This document shows, piece after piece, positions 18,960 through 28,346 of a stretch of 64,000 nucleotides of DNA (the first letter of the stretch is position 1; every line of letters starts with the position of its first letter). A model generated the notes under the pieces. The model saw only the letters and a list, made by a program, of their open reading frames with translations. It was not told where the DNA came from and did not search any database. Position numbers and translations under genes: made by a program. The DNA is from a plasmid, in the sequence record NZ_CP092111.1; one strand, given 5' to 3'.

Positions 18960-19200
18960 TTTATTGCTTTAAATGATATCAAGGTGATATCAACTCAACA
19001 AAATTTTAAAACAACTTGTCTAAAAATGCAAGAATTAATGAAAGAAATGATATCAATTTGATATCAAATTGATATCGAATTTAAAAATGTATTTGAAGAG
19101 CTTTTTTTATTTGATGAAATGATATCAAAATGATATCATGTTGTTAATGGTTTTGATATCATTTTGATCAATATTATTGACTGGTATAAAATTCACTGGT
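18960..19200. promoter_or_regulatory. centromere-like iteron array: about 9 copies of the palindromic octamer TGATATCA
   Basis: Seen directly: tgatatcaaggtgatatca, gaaatgatatcaatttgatatcaaattgatatcg, gaaatgatatcaaaatgatatcatg...ttgatatcattttgatc. Confidence 0.65.
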
Positions 19201-19645
19201 CGGTTCTAGGGTAGACGTAGGAAAAAAAATCTTGTATAGTCATTATTAACATATCGAAATTATCTGAGATTAAGAGACATAAACAAACAAAAAATATGAT
19301 CATCATTAAATTTGAATATTCTGAAAACAGAACAAACAAGAAAAAAGATCAGTGCTACCAACACTGACCTTTTGGATTCAAGCTCCCAAGGCGTCCAAAC
19401 CAATGAGCTTGAAGATACATATTGATTTATTGGTATTACTCATGTACTTATAATATCAGTATGTAGGAAAAGTTGCAAGGTATTTAGACTTCAAAATATC
19501 TGCAAATTTTTTCGCGCATTTCGAGAAACCCTCATGTGCGTGTGCCTACCTGTATCTTCATAATTGTTGGTTTAATATGGGCCGTTGGTGAGCGAATCCG
19601 CTTATTAACGGCTCTTTTTGTGCTGGAAAAATGGAGGTATAGACC

Positions 19646-21760
19646 GTGGCCACTTCACTGTTAACCGATTATACGTTGAACATGTACAAAGATGATACGA
19701 AACAATATAAAGCTACCGAAAAAAAGGCCAAGCTATTGTCAATTCCAACACCCGTGGAAGCGATCTTCAGAGGGCAAATGACAGAGAAACCAAAAGGTAC
19801 TGCTCAATCTCGTAAAAATGACTATCAAAATAAATTCTCAAAGGATTATGGGTTTGCTTTTCTTGTGCCGGAGGGGAATTTCTCTCAAGAATTTGGTGTT
19901 CGTACATATGAAACTTTGAAAAAACACTTAAAAAAGAGCAATATAACGCACATTACATATAACACATTTTATAGGAATGACAGGAAAACAAGGAAAAATC
20001 TTCGTTGGTTGAATGCTATGTGTGTTGAAATTGATGTAAAAGGTAAAGAGAATGCTGATAATGCCGGTCTGATACTTCCAGATGTTCTCGACCGTGTTTC
20101 CGTTGCCGGATTGCCGTATCCAACAACAATCCTACAAAGTCCTAGTGGCGGTTTTCACTTGCTATGGATCTATAAAACTCCATTTAGAGCAACCAGGAAG
20201 GCTGTAAAAGTTTATGGACGTATTCAAAAATGTATTGCTGAAGCTGTAGGAGGCGATTTGGACGCAATCGGTGCGGAGCACTACTTTAGAGCGCCTAATC
20301 CGGAGAATGTTGTATATGAAGGTAATAGCGTGCATTCTAGCAGTCTTACAGATTGGTATGCCCTTGAATGTGAGCGTAAATTTGCGGAGAGGGGAGAACA
20401 ATTTAAAGGAGTAATCAATTTTTCTACATACAATGGTGCTTTAATGCAGTCAAAAGCCTTTAGAGACGTACAAAATGGCGGTTTTGATGACATGAGAGAT
20501 CGGGTGTCATTTAGTTTGGCATGTGCTTATAAAATCGCAGGTATGACACAGAGGGAGGCACGTGTACGCCTTTTAAGCTGGAATGAAAATAATAAGAAGA
20601 AGATGAGCCGAAGAGAGCTATTAGGTAAGATTAAATCTGTTTATCGCTCTGAGAATCGTTATGTAAGCTATAGTTTCATCAGAAAGGCAGCTGAATACCT
20701 CACAGGTGAGGAATATCCAGAGAAGATATATTGGAACAGCCGTGTTGCAAAGCCTCGCTCTGAACGAGTTAGAAGCCATTTTAGTGAACATGAGCAAGAC
20801 ATTATTGATTATTTAAAGGAAAACGAGGCGCTTATAGGCTCACAAAGATCAATTGCTGCTGCGCTAAAAAAACCATTCAGTACATTCTGCAAAGTCCTTA
20901 AAGACATGATTTTAAAGGGCTTATTGATTGTGGAAACAAAAAAAGGGCGTGGAGGTTTCACACTCATTACATTAGCTTCTGACGACAGTGCACCTACAAA
21001 AACACCTGATCAGGATGCAAGAAGCTCTGAGAGCCATTTAAAAGATTCTGAGTCGGCTAAACAACAATCTAATACGACCAGACAAAAAAAAGCTGCTGAA
21101 TCCCTCTGCGGCCAAATAAATGTCCCACTCTCTAATAACAGTGGGAAGGGTGTGGGTGGGCAGGCTCGTCTCTCTCCTATCCCGTCCGTTCCCAGGACTG
21201 TGTCACCTACGATTTCCTTCTCCGGCCGCGCTCCTGTCCCGGCTAATGTTCCGGGACGATTTATTAGCGCTTTATTTAATCGCGGTTTTATCGATGGGCG
21301 TTTCGTCTTTGCCGCTTGGGGTCGCGTGCAACTGGCCTTTAATCAGTTTCATATTAGGTCTTCGTCTATTCCTGTTGTTCAAGACTATATGAACCTAGTG
21401 GTTGAGGCAGTCTCTTTAACTGTAGGCAAGAAGGGTTCCCCCACTGTAGGAGAATATTCTGGTCAAGACTCATTCCTAAAGTATCTTTTTGGAACTGTGA
21501 AAGGTCTGTTGTCTAATTACCGTGCTTCGGAGATTACTGAATTTGTATTGGATATCGGCAAGGTGAGCGAGATCAAATTGCTCTGTTTGAGACAAAAATA
21601 TCTCGATGAGTTACGTGAAAATGACTGTCATGACATAGAGAAAATAAAGGAATTTCTGGAAGAAATTGAACTAGAGATAAGTGCGAGAGTGCGAAAAAAA
21701 TCGAGTGGGAAGTTAGGATTGTTTAAGCGTTTTTCTTCTCATTTTAAACATGATTTTTGA
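19646..21760 (+). CDS. putative plasmid replication initiator (large Rep with C-terminal winged-helix region)
   Basis: GTG start with SD ggaggt. Preceded by 450 bp of AT-rich DNA. The internal region SFSLACAYKIAGMTQREARVRLLSWN resembles primase-C-terminal-type Rep domains. Position next to the partition locus as in pLS20-type plasmids. Inference. Confidence 0.5.
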   Translation: MATSLLTDYTLNMYKDDTKQYKATEKKAKLLSIPTPVEAIFRGQMTEKPKGTAQSRKNDYQNKFSKDYGFAFLVPEGNFSQEFGVRTYETLKKHLKKSNITHITYNTFYRNDRKTRKNLRWLNAMCVEIDVKGKENADNAGLILPDVLDRVSVAGLPYPTTILQSPSGGFHLLWIYKTPFRATRKAVKVYGRIQKCIAEAVGGDLDAIGAEHYFRAPNPENVVYEGNSVHSSSLTDWYALECERKFAERGEQFKGVINFSTYNGALMQSKAFRDVQNGGFDDMRDRVSFSLACAYKIAGMTQREARVRLLSWNENNKKKMSRRELLGKIKSVYRSENRYVSYSFIRKAAEYLTGEEYPEKIYWNSRVAKPRSERVRSHFSEHEQDIIDYLKENEALIGSQRSIAAALKKPFSTFCKVLKDMILKGLLIVETKKGRGGFTLITLASDDSAPTKTPDQDARSSESHLKDSESAKQQSNTTRQKKAAESLCGQINVPLSNNSGKGVGGQARLSPIPSVPRTVSPTISFSGRAPVPANVPGRFISALFNRGFIDGRFVFAAWGRVQLAFNQFHIRSSSIPVVQDYMNLVVEAVSLTVGKKGSPTVGEYSGQDSFLKYLFGTVKGLLSNYRASEITEFVLDIGKVSEIKLLCLRQKYLDELRENDCHDIEKIKEFLEEIELEISARVRKKSSGKLGLFKRFSSHFKHDF

Positions 21761-22204
21761 TTAAAACGGCCAAAATCCCACAAGAGAATTTTGGCCAACT
21801 ACACAACCTGATCGCCCTGATAAAACGATCAAAATATATAATACAACACTTGAAGATTAATGTGAGTTTTATACTATGTTTTTGCGAAGGATATAAGAAG
21901 GTCATGGTAAGAAAGTACCCTTTTGAATAGAATACCATAAACATAGGATAAAAATAGGCTTGAGACGTTGATACAAAAGTGTTTTGGGTGTAACATATAG
22001 TTACAGCTATTTTTAAAGATTCTCTTCCTGCAGAGTACATATTAAAACCCTTTTTAATATGTACAGCTGCTGGAAGTGAAAAAAGAACTTCTGCAATTCG
22101 GATTTTAATCAATATATGAGCAGGACGACCGGGCAATCAAACCCCTACCTCCTTCTTTTTGAAATCCACTGAATTGTATGCTGATCTTTACTCCATATAG
22201 AGCT

Positions 22205-22300
22205 GCAAACACCAAGACCTAACTACCCAAAATCAAGACAGCAACATCAAGACTTACACCTATCCAGTCTTAAATCGGGACATCAAGACAGAGCTATTTT
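22205..22300 (+). promoter_or_regulatory. direct repeats of ATCAAGAC (4 copies) upstream of the conjugation operon
   Basis: accaagacc, aatcaagacag, acatcaagact, acatcaagacag. Confidence 0.4.
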
Positions 22301-22378
22301 ATATGGATCTGATCTTTGATAATTGAATATCTCTCTTTTGCTTTTGTTTCTTCTGATGTAAGGAGGCAATGTTTTTTG

Positions 22379-25204
22379 ATGCCTAATCAGCAGAAAAGAC
22401 AAAGGAATATATTGGATGATGTTTTGGACCATTTTTTAGATCACCCTTTACGATTAATCTCTGTAGTAATTTTGATTGGGATTTTCTTTGGATATTGGAA
22501 GTGGGATGTTTTATTAACATCGCTTTCAATTTCAGAGGATGTTTTACATTACTGGTTGAAGACAATCCAACGTTTTGTTTTTTACTTTTTGATTCTTGCC
22601 GCGGTACTTATGGTTTTGAGGAAAATTTTCTATGTGTTAAGGATTCAAAAAAGTTATGAATATGTTCATATACTCCCGCATGCTGATGATGGAGTCTCCG
22701 CAGAAGACTTATCAAATTTAATGAGACGTATTCACGGTTCGAAACGAAAAATTCTTGAGCGGTTATTTTTAGGTCGTGAGTGGTACTCATTTGTTATTTA
22801 TCGCAGTTCTCCAGAAGAGGGTGCGGGATACAACTTTTATCTTGGTGCTGAGAGTTCGCAATTAGAGACTTTGAAAGCAAACTTTAAAAGTGTTTATGGT
22901 AGAATGCAATTTTTTGACGTAGAGGATTTGCCAATACCGAGTAAAAAAGCGGTAGGAGGAAGATTGAAACTACGGAATAACTCTTTGAAGAAATCTCTCC
23001 CATTAAGGCGGTATCGTTCTGATCAGCTATCTGGAATTCTGTCTACAATGGAAAATGAGACTTGGGTACAAGTCGCTTTTAGCCCGAATGACGGATGGCG
23101 TTTAAGAAAAGGCATTCTAAAATTAGAAGAGGAAATCAAAGGGGATCGTAAGGCAAGTGATCAAAGCAGTTTTGAAAAAGAAGAACTAAATAGTTTAAAA
23201 CATCGTTTCTCAGGTAATGAGGTTGCTTTTGATTGCACTGTTTCTATGGCAACAGAACATTATCCAGGAGTTCGAATCATCAAAAATGTTGGAAACACTA
23301 TAAGTTCTATTGCTAATGACACGAACGAATTACGTTATAAAAAGCTAAAACGATCAGTACAATGGTTTCCTACAAATAAGCCGTATCGTATGGTGTGGAC
23401 AGGCAGCGAGTTGGCTAACCTCATTCATATGCCGAATTTTAAAAGTGATCATATGAAGAGTTTGTCGAAACTTATTGCGCATGCGGGGAAAGGAACTGAA
23501 CTTCTCCCTGCTAATGTGTTAAGCAGTCCTGAAGGAATTACGTTTGGTTATCAATACCATCCTTTTGTGAAAAATCGAGAGGTGAAGGTTTCGCCGGATG
23601 TATTGGGGAAACATTGGCTTTTAACTGGTTTAAACGGATCTGGGAAGTCAACATTAATTAATGCTGTTTTGAAAAGTTTTATTGATGGATTTATTGCTAA
23701 CGGGAAGGGGCCAGGTTTTTCTTTTGTTGATCCGGCCATAGAAACTGCTCTTGTTTTACTTAACCAAATTTGCAAAGCGGAGCTGGATGGAAAAGAAATT
23801 GATTGGAGTAAGGTGCATTGGGTTTCATTCAAAAATACTGATTATCCTCCTGCAATGAATCTGCTTCATCGCATGGAAGGAGAATCAGCTGAGTTTGTCA
23901 CTGATATTGTTATGCGGATCATTAGAGAAAACTTTTCTGTTGCTCCTCAAGCTGAAAGGCTGCTTCGAAATTGTATAAAAACCCTTGTGATTGATCCAGA
24001 TGAAACACATACCATCTTAGGTGTGAAACAGCTGATTAATGACGAGGTGTTCCGGATGCGTGTTGTATCTAGGCTTTCGAAAGTTCCAGAAGCATATGAT
24101 TTAGTTGATTTTTGGAATTTTGAAGCCCCTGACTTAATTGAGTTAAGTCGGATTCCTCTTTTTAATCGTTTGGATATTTTCACTTCAAATGACCTATTTA
24201 GACGGATGTTTGGTCAAAAAGAGTTTGCTTTTCCAGTCCGTAAGTGGATGGATGAAGGACATTTTATTTTCTTTGATTTTAGTGGTATGGGGGAGCAAGA
24301 AATCAGCTTAATTGGAAGTAATTTAACATATCTATTCTATCGGGTAGCAGAACAAAGACCTGGACGACCTTTGTTGCATCAATTAACTGTTGATGAAGCA
24401 GCAAAGGTTAAAGCTTCAATATTTCCTTATATTGTGCGAGAAATGAGGAAGAAAGGACTTTCAGCCGGAATTGCAACCCAATCTATTAAAGACCTTCCCG
24501 ATGATTTGCAAAAAGCAATGACAAATGTTCAAGGTAATTTCTTTGTTTGTCGACAAGGACAAGATGATGCAAAGGTAACTACACCGTTTTTCAGGACAAA
24601 AGAGTCCAATCAACCTATCTACTCAGAAAGTTTTTTACAATCACTTCCCGATCGAGTTGCTGTAGTTCGCACTCAAGATAACATAGATGGTGTCGATCAA
24701 ACAGTGACCTGCTTAGTGGAAGTACCTCCTTTGGATCGTTATTTACCTGATGGAACGGTTGCTAACTATAGAAGAGAGGACGAGGTTGCCGCAGCCAATG
24801 CGTGGACATTAGAAAAGGCAAAGGAGCTTTCTTCACAAAATGGTTTCCATTACTCGGAAATTGATTTGATTATAAAAGCTTATCTGAAGGGTGAAGAGTA
24901 TGTTCCGCAAAAAAGAAAAGAAAGTCCGCGGAAATTGAAGGCTCCTATTACTAAACAACCAGAAACCCCTTTGCATCTTATGAGAACAAAAAAAATTCAT
25001 GAGGAACAGATGGAAACTGAGGCAGAAACGATTCCTCTTACACTTCAAAAGAAGGAAGATACTAAACAATTAAATAATCAGAAAGAGCATAAGACAGAAG
25101 AGAGAAGACCCAAAATCGAAGGTGAAACAGAGAATCAAAATTTCTCTACTGGATCAATATTACAAAGGATGAAGGCAAAAGCCGATGATCAAAAGGAGGA
25201 ATAA
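22379..25204 (+). CDS. type IV coupling protein (VirD4/TraG-like ATPase)
   Basis: N-terminal TM helices; Walker A GLNGSGKST; Walker B LTVDEAAK. Large (about 940 aa) with K/E-rich tail. Confidence 0.7.
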   Translation: MPNQQKRQRNILDDVLDHFLDHPLRLISVVILIGIFFGYWKWDVLLTSLSISEDVLHYWLKTIQRFVFYFLILAAVLMVLRKIFYVLRIQKSYEYVHILPHADDGVSAEDLSNLMRRIHGSKRKILERLFLGREWYSFVIYRSSPEEGAGYNFYLGAESSQLETLKANFKSVYGRMQFFDVEDLPIPSKKAVGGRLKLRNNSLKKSLPLRRYRSDQLSGILSTMENETWVQVAFSPNDGWRLRKGILKLEEEIKGDRKASDQSSFEKEELNSLKHRFSGNEVAFDCTVSMATEHYPGVRIIKNVGNTISSIANDTNELRYKKLKRSVQWFPTNKPYRMVWTGSELANLIHMPNFKSDHMKSLSKLIAHAGKGTELLPANVLSSPEGITFGYQYHPFVKNREVKVSPDVLGKHWLLTGLNGSGKSTLINAVLKSFIDGFIANGKGPGFSFVDPAIETALVLLNQICKAELDGKEIDWSKVHWVSFKNTDYPPAMNLLHRMEGESAEFVTDIVMRIIRENFSVAPQAERLLRNCIKTLVIDPDETHTILGVKQLINDEVFRMRVVSRLSKVPEAYDLVDFWNFEAPDLIELSRIPLFNRLDIFTSNDLFRRMFGQKEFAFPVRKWMDEGHFIFFDFSGMGEQEISLIGSNLTYLFYRVAEQRPGRPLLHQLTVDEAAKVKASIFPYIVREMRKKGLSAGIATQSIKDLPDDLQKAMTNVQGNFFVCRQGQDDAKVTTPFFRTKESNQPIYSESFLQSLPDRVAVVRTQDNIDGVDQTVTCLVEVPPLDRYLPDGTVANYRREDEVAAANAWTLEKAKELSSQNGFHYSEIDLIIKAYLKGEEYVPQKRKESPRKLKAPITKQPETPLHLMRTKKIHEEQMETEAETIPLTLQKKEDTKQLNNQKEHKTEERRPKIEGETENQNFSTGSILQRMKAKADDQKEE

Positions 25205-25224
25205 AGAAGAAAAGGTGATTTGAG

Positions 25225-26127
25225 TTGGACATTATTACTACACAACCTGATACAATCCCTGAAAAAAAGAAAAAGGGGAAAAAAATGAAGCAAAAAAGAT
25301 ATGCCGTTTTATCGGAAAGTGACAAAAACTTGCTTCTGTCCCTTCATCAATTCATATATATGGACACTGATTTTATACATCAATATATCATGACAGACTA
25401 CCCTACAAAAAAAACCCTAACTCAAAGGTTATTAAGGTTAAAAGATGTGGGATATTTAGTAAGTTTCACCGTCCCGATTGATGGGATGTCCAGGCCGGCT
25501 AACATCTACACTCTTACTGATTTTGGTTTGCAAAATGTTGAGCAATTGCAAGGTGTTGTTAAATGGAATCCGAGGTGGTCCCAAAGGGTGCCACCTTGGT
25601 ATCAACATCAATTAATGCTGAACCGAATTGTTATGAAATACACTAAACAAGCTGAACAAATTGGATTAGAAGTTAAAGAGTGGATACCAGAGGCTAGAGC
25701 AACCTGGCAATATACAAATGATAAAACGGATGTAATAAAGCCTGATGGAATATTGGTTTTTGGCGGGAAAGGGTCTAATGATAACATTGGGCTTTTTATG
25801 GAGCTGGAACGTAGTGTTGCAAAAAGGCAAAATACAATAAAAAAAGTGATCCGATATAATGATTTTTTGAATAGAGACAAGAAGATTTTAAAAGACTATG
25901 ATATGCATGTGGGGTTTGAAGCTCCTATTTCAGACTGGAGAGTCCTGTTTATTGGTGGGAATGAACCTAATACTAGGAAAACAATAAATGATATTTTGAG
26001 TATTCATAACATGGACATTAAAGCCCCAATATTAGTCGCAAGTAAAGCAGATGTTGAAAGGCATGCATTTGATCCGATATATCATCACATTTTGAGTGAT
26101 GATCCAATGATAAAAAAAGAATTATAG
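25225..26127 (+). CDS. putative winged-helix DNA-binding protein (possible replication-relaxation family / relaxosome accessory)
   Basis: TQRLLRLKDVGYLVSF is wHTH-like; position between the T4CP and T4SS genes. Confidence 0.3.
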   Translation: MDIITTQPDTIPEKKKKGKKMKQKRYAVLSESDKNLLLSLHQFIYMDTDFIHQYIMTDYPTKKTLTQRLLRLKDVGYLVSFTVPIDGMSRPANIYTLTDFGLQNVEQLQGVVKWNPRWSQRVPPWYQHQLMLNRIVMKYTKQAEQIGLEVKEWIPEARATWQYTNDKTDVIKPDGILVFGGKGSNDNIGLFMELERSVAKRQNTIKKVIRYNDFLNRDKKILKDYDMHVGFEAPISDWRVLFIGGNEPNTRKTINDILSIHNMDIKAPILVASKADVERHAFDPIYHHILSDDPMIKKEL

Positions 26128-26137
26128 GGAGGTCTCA

Positions 26138-26362
26138 GTGTATATGTTTCGCGGAATTTTTAAAGCGCTCATATATATTGCAGGAATTTGTTTTGTGGGA
26201 AGTTTCATTCTCACTCAATTTCCAGGGACCAGAGATGTTTGGGAGACTGTCAAAGTACAGGGCTCCCATTTTTATTCTCAATTGGTCGCAAAATATGGCT
26301 TGCTTGGAGCTTTAATTATAATCGCTTGCGCAATATTTATATTTTCAGGAAAGAAGAGGTGA
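26138..26362 (+). CDS. small membrane protein (2 TM)
   Basis: Hydrophobic helices; T4SS operon context. Confidence 0.4.
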   Translation: MYMFRGIFKALIYIAGICFVGSFILTQFPGTRDVWETVKVQGSHFYSQLVAKYGLLGALIIIACAIFIFSGKKR

Positions 26363-26368
26363 AGTAAT

Positions 26369-27553
26369 TTGAATAAATGGGGCAAAAAGAAAAGCTCTTC
26401 TTCAGAAAAACCAAAAAAGGACAAAAAAAGTTTCAAAAATCTAGTGAGTGAATGGAAAACGAAAAAAGCTGAAAAAAAAATATATGATCCGGCTGCCTTA
26501 AAAAAAGACCAAAAAGAAAAAGCATACCAAGTAAAAAGGGCACGAAGGGTAGCTCTAAAGCCGTCCACTTTTCAGCGCGCAATGAATATAGGTTTGATTT
26601 TATTACTTGTGATTGTGCTCTTAGGGTCTTTTAATGCATTTCGGCATAATGGAGTCATTCACAGTATGGAAGAAAAAGTAAATGCTGCAACTGCTGAAGA
26701 AAATAAAGTGAAAGATGATTATGCTGAAAGACCTGGTATTACTTATTTCGTTCAGAATTTTCTTAATGATTACTTTGATATCCAACCAGGAGAAGACAAT
26801 CAGAAAAAACGTCAAGACAGATTGAAAAAATATTTAGCTAATGGTTTGGACCCGGATGGAGGGATAGATTATACCTCCGTGCAAGGAGAACAAACTTTAA
26901 CAGGAAGTAGGATCATGGAAGTGAAAGGGATTACTAAAACAACGGCTGACGTTTATGTAGACGCAGATATTAAGTCTGTAATTAAAACAGAACGAATTGA
27001 AAAAGTAAAGGAGAAAAAGAAAGATAAAAAAGGAAAGAAAAAAGAAGTAGAGGTCGAGAAAAAGGTAACTGATACAGATGAAAAATCAGGAAAACTATAT
27101 TATGTGATACGTGTTCACGCAGATGATACTGGATATACAGTAATTGATCTGCCGCAACCGTATGTTCCAAAGGAATCTGAGAAGAAAACGGTTGATAACT
27201 ATTATGCTGATCTTACAGAAGATAAAGCTGCTACGAATAATGTAAGAACATTTTTAGAATCGTTTTTTAACTCTTATGTCAATAAAGATAGAGCAGATGA
27301 TATGAAATTTTTCTTTAAAAATTCCAATGATGCGCAGTCACTAGAGGGCTCTTATGAGTTTGTGAGAATCGAAGATTTGAAAGTATATCCTGGAGAAAAG
27401 AAAAAACAATATATTGTCCGTAGCGATGTAAAATTAAAACAATCTGTTTCAGGTATTCAAAGTCTTTATGGATATGAATTTATTTTAAATCATGAGGGGG
27501 CGGATAAATATGAAATTGTAGAGATGAGAAACCTATCTGCCAAAGTTGAATAA
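26369..27553 (+). CDS. conjugation protein, bitopic (K-rich N-terminus, one TM, extracytoplasmic domain); VirB8/TcpC-like by architecture
   Basis: TM NIGLILLLVIVLLGSFNAF; context. Confidence 0.35.
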   Translation: MNKWGKKKSSSSEKPKKDKKSFKNLVSEWKTKKAEKKIYDPAALKKDQKEKAYQVKRARRVALKPSTFQRAMNIGLILLLVIVLLGSFNAFRHNGVIHSMEEKVNAATAEENKVKDDYAERPGITYFVQNFLNDYFDIQPGEDNQKKRQDRLKKYLANGLDPDGGIDYTSVQGEQTLTGSRIMEVKGITKTTADVYVDADIKSVIKTERIEKVKEKKKDKKGKKKEVEVEKKVTDTDEKSGKLYYVIRVHADDTGYTVIDLPQPYVPKESEKKTVDNYYADLTEDKAATNNVRTFLESFFNSYVNKDRADDMKFFFKNSNDAQSLEGSYEFVRIEDLKVYPGEKKKQYIVRSDVKLKQSVSGIQSLYGYEFILNHEGADKYEIVEMRNLSAKVE

Positions 27554-27585
27554 AAGAAAATCTTAATATATTAGGAGGAATTTAT

Positions 27586-27879
27586 ATGCTTTCAGTATTT
27601 TTTGATTATGTTCAAAACTCAGGTCATTTAGATTTTATATTGGGCGCTGTTAATATTGATGGAATTCAAAGTAAGGGGGATAGCAATGTACAAGGGACTA
27701 TTCAAACCATTTACGGATGGGTAGCGCTTGCAATTCTAGTTATGTTGCTTGCCTTTAAAAAATTTAGAGCTGCATTCGGTGCTTTGGTAGTGTTAGCTAT
27801 ACTATCGGTTTTTGTTTACGGTGTTAGCAATATTAAGAGCTTAGGGGAGTCCATTCTTCGATTCTTGGGTCTAATGTAA
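27586..27879 (+). CDS. small 2-TM membrane protein (pilin/VirB2-like by size and topology)
   Basis: Hydrophobic helices. Confidence 0.3.
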   Translation: MLSVFFDYVQNSGHLDFILGAVNIDGIQSKGDSNVQGTIQTIYGWVALAILVMLLAFKKFRAAFGALVVLAILSVFVYGVSNIKSLGESILRFLGLM

Positions 27880-28346
27880 TGTGGGAGGTGTCTATCACCA
27901 TGATAAGAGGAAGATGTACCACAGCTGTGTTCAAAATTCCAAATGTGATTCGTGGGCTAGCAGGATCGAGTGACGGAGGGATATCTCTTCCGTTCTCTGC
28001 CACGACTACGCAGGCAATTTTAGCGTTTGTCTTTCTATTAATGGGTATTCCAGCGTATTTAATTTCTAATTGGCTTTTTCCGTTTGTTCCAGCGATTGCC
28101 CGTTTCTTGATATTAATTATTATTGTCCCACTTGCATTAGGCTATAAATTGGGAATGCAACAGAGGGAAAGCATGAGCATGATTCGTTACTGGATCATCA
28201 AATGGAAAACCAAATATGAGCCTAATGAAATGATAAGATTTGAAGAGGTTGAACAAGATAAAGAAATTCGATTCGAACAAAAAATCAGAATGAAGCGACA
28301 TTTCAAATATCCGAAAGAGGTGAAAAATATTGAAATACGAGAGTGA
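27879..28346 (+). CDS. VirB3-like membrane protein
   Basis: Two long hydrophobic helices, immediately upstream and overlapping VirB4-like gene. Confidence 0.4.
   Translation: MWEVSITMIRGRCTTAVFKIPNVIRGLAGSSDGGISLPFSATTTQAILAFVFLLMGIPAYLISNWLFPFVPAIARFLILIIIVPLALGYKLGMQQRESMSMIRYWIIKWKTKYEPNEMIRFEEVEQDKEIRFEQKIRMKRHFKYPKEVKNIEIRE

Noticed and set aside
21744-22136. ORF 21744-22136 (minus strand, 130 aa)
   Set aside because: It is in an AT-rich intergenic region between Rep and the coupling protein, with no SD and low-complexity translation.
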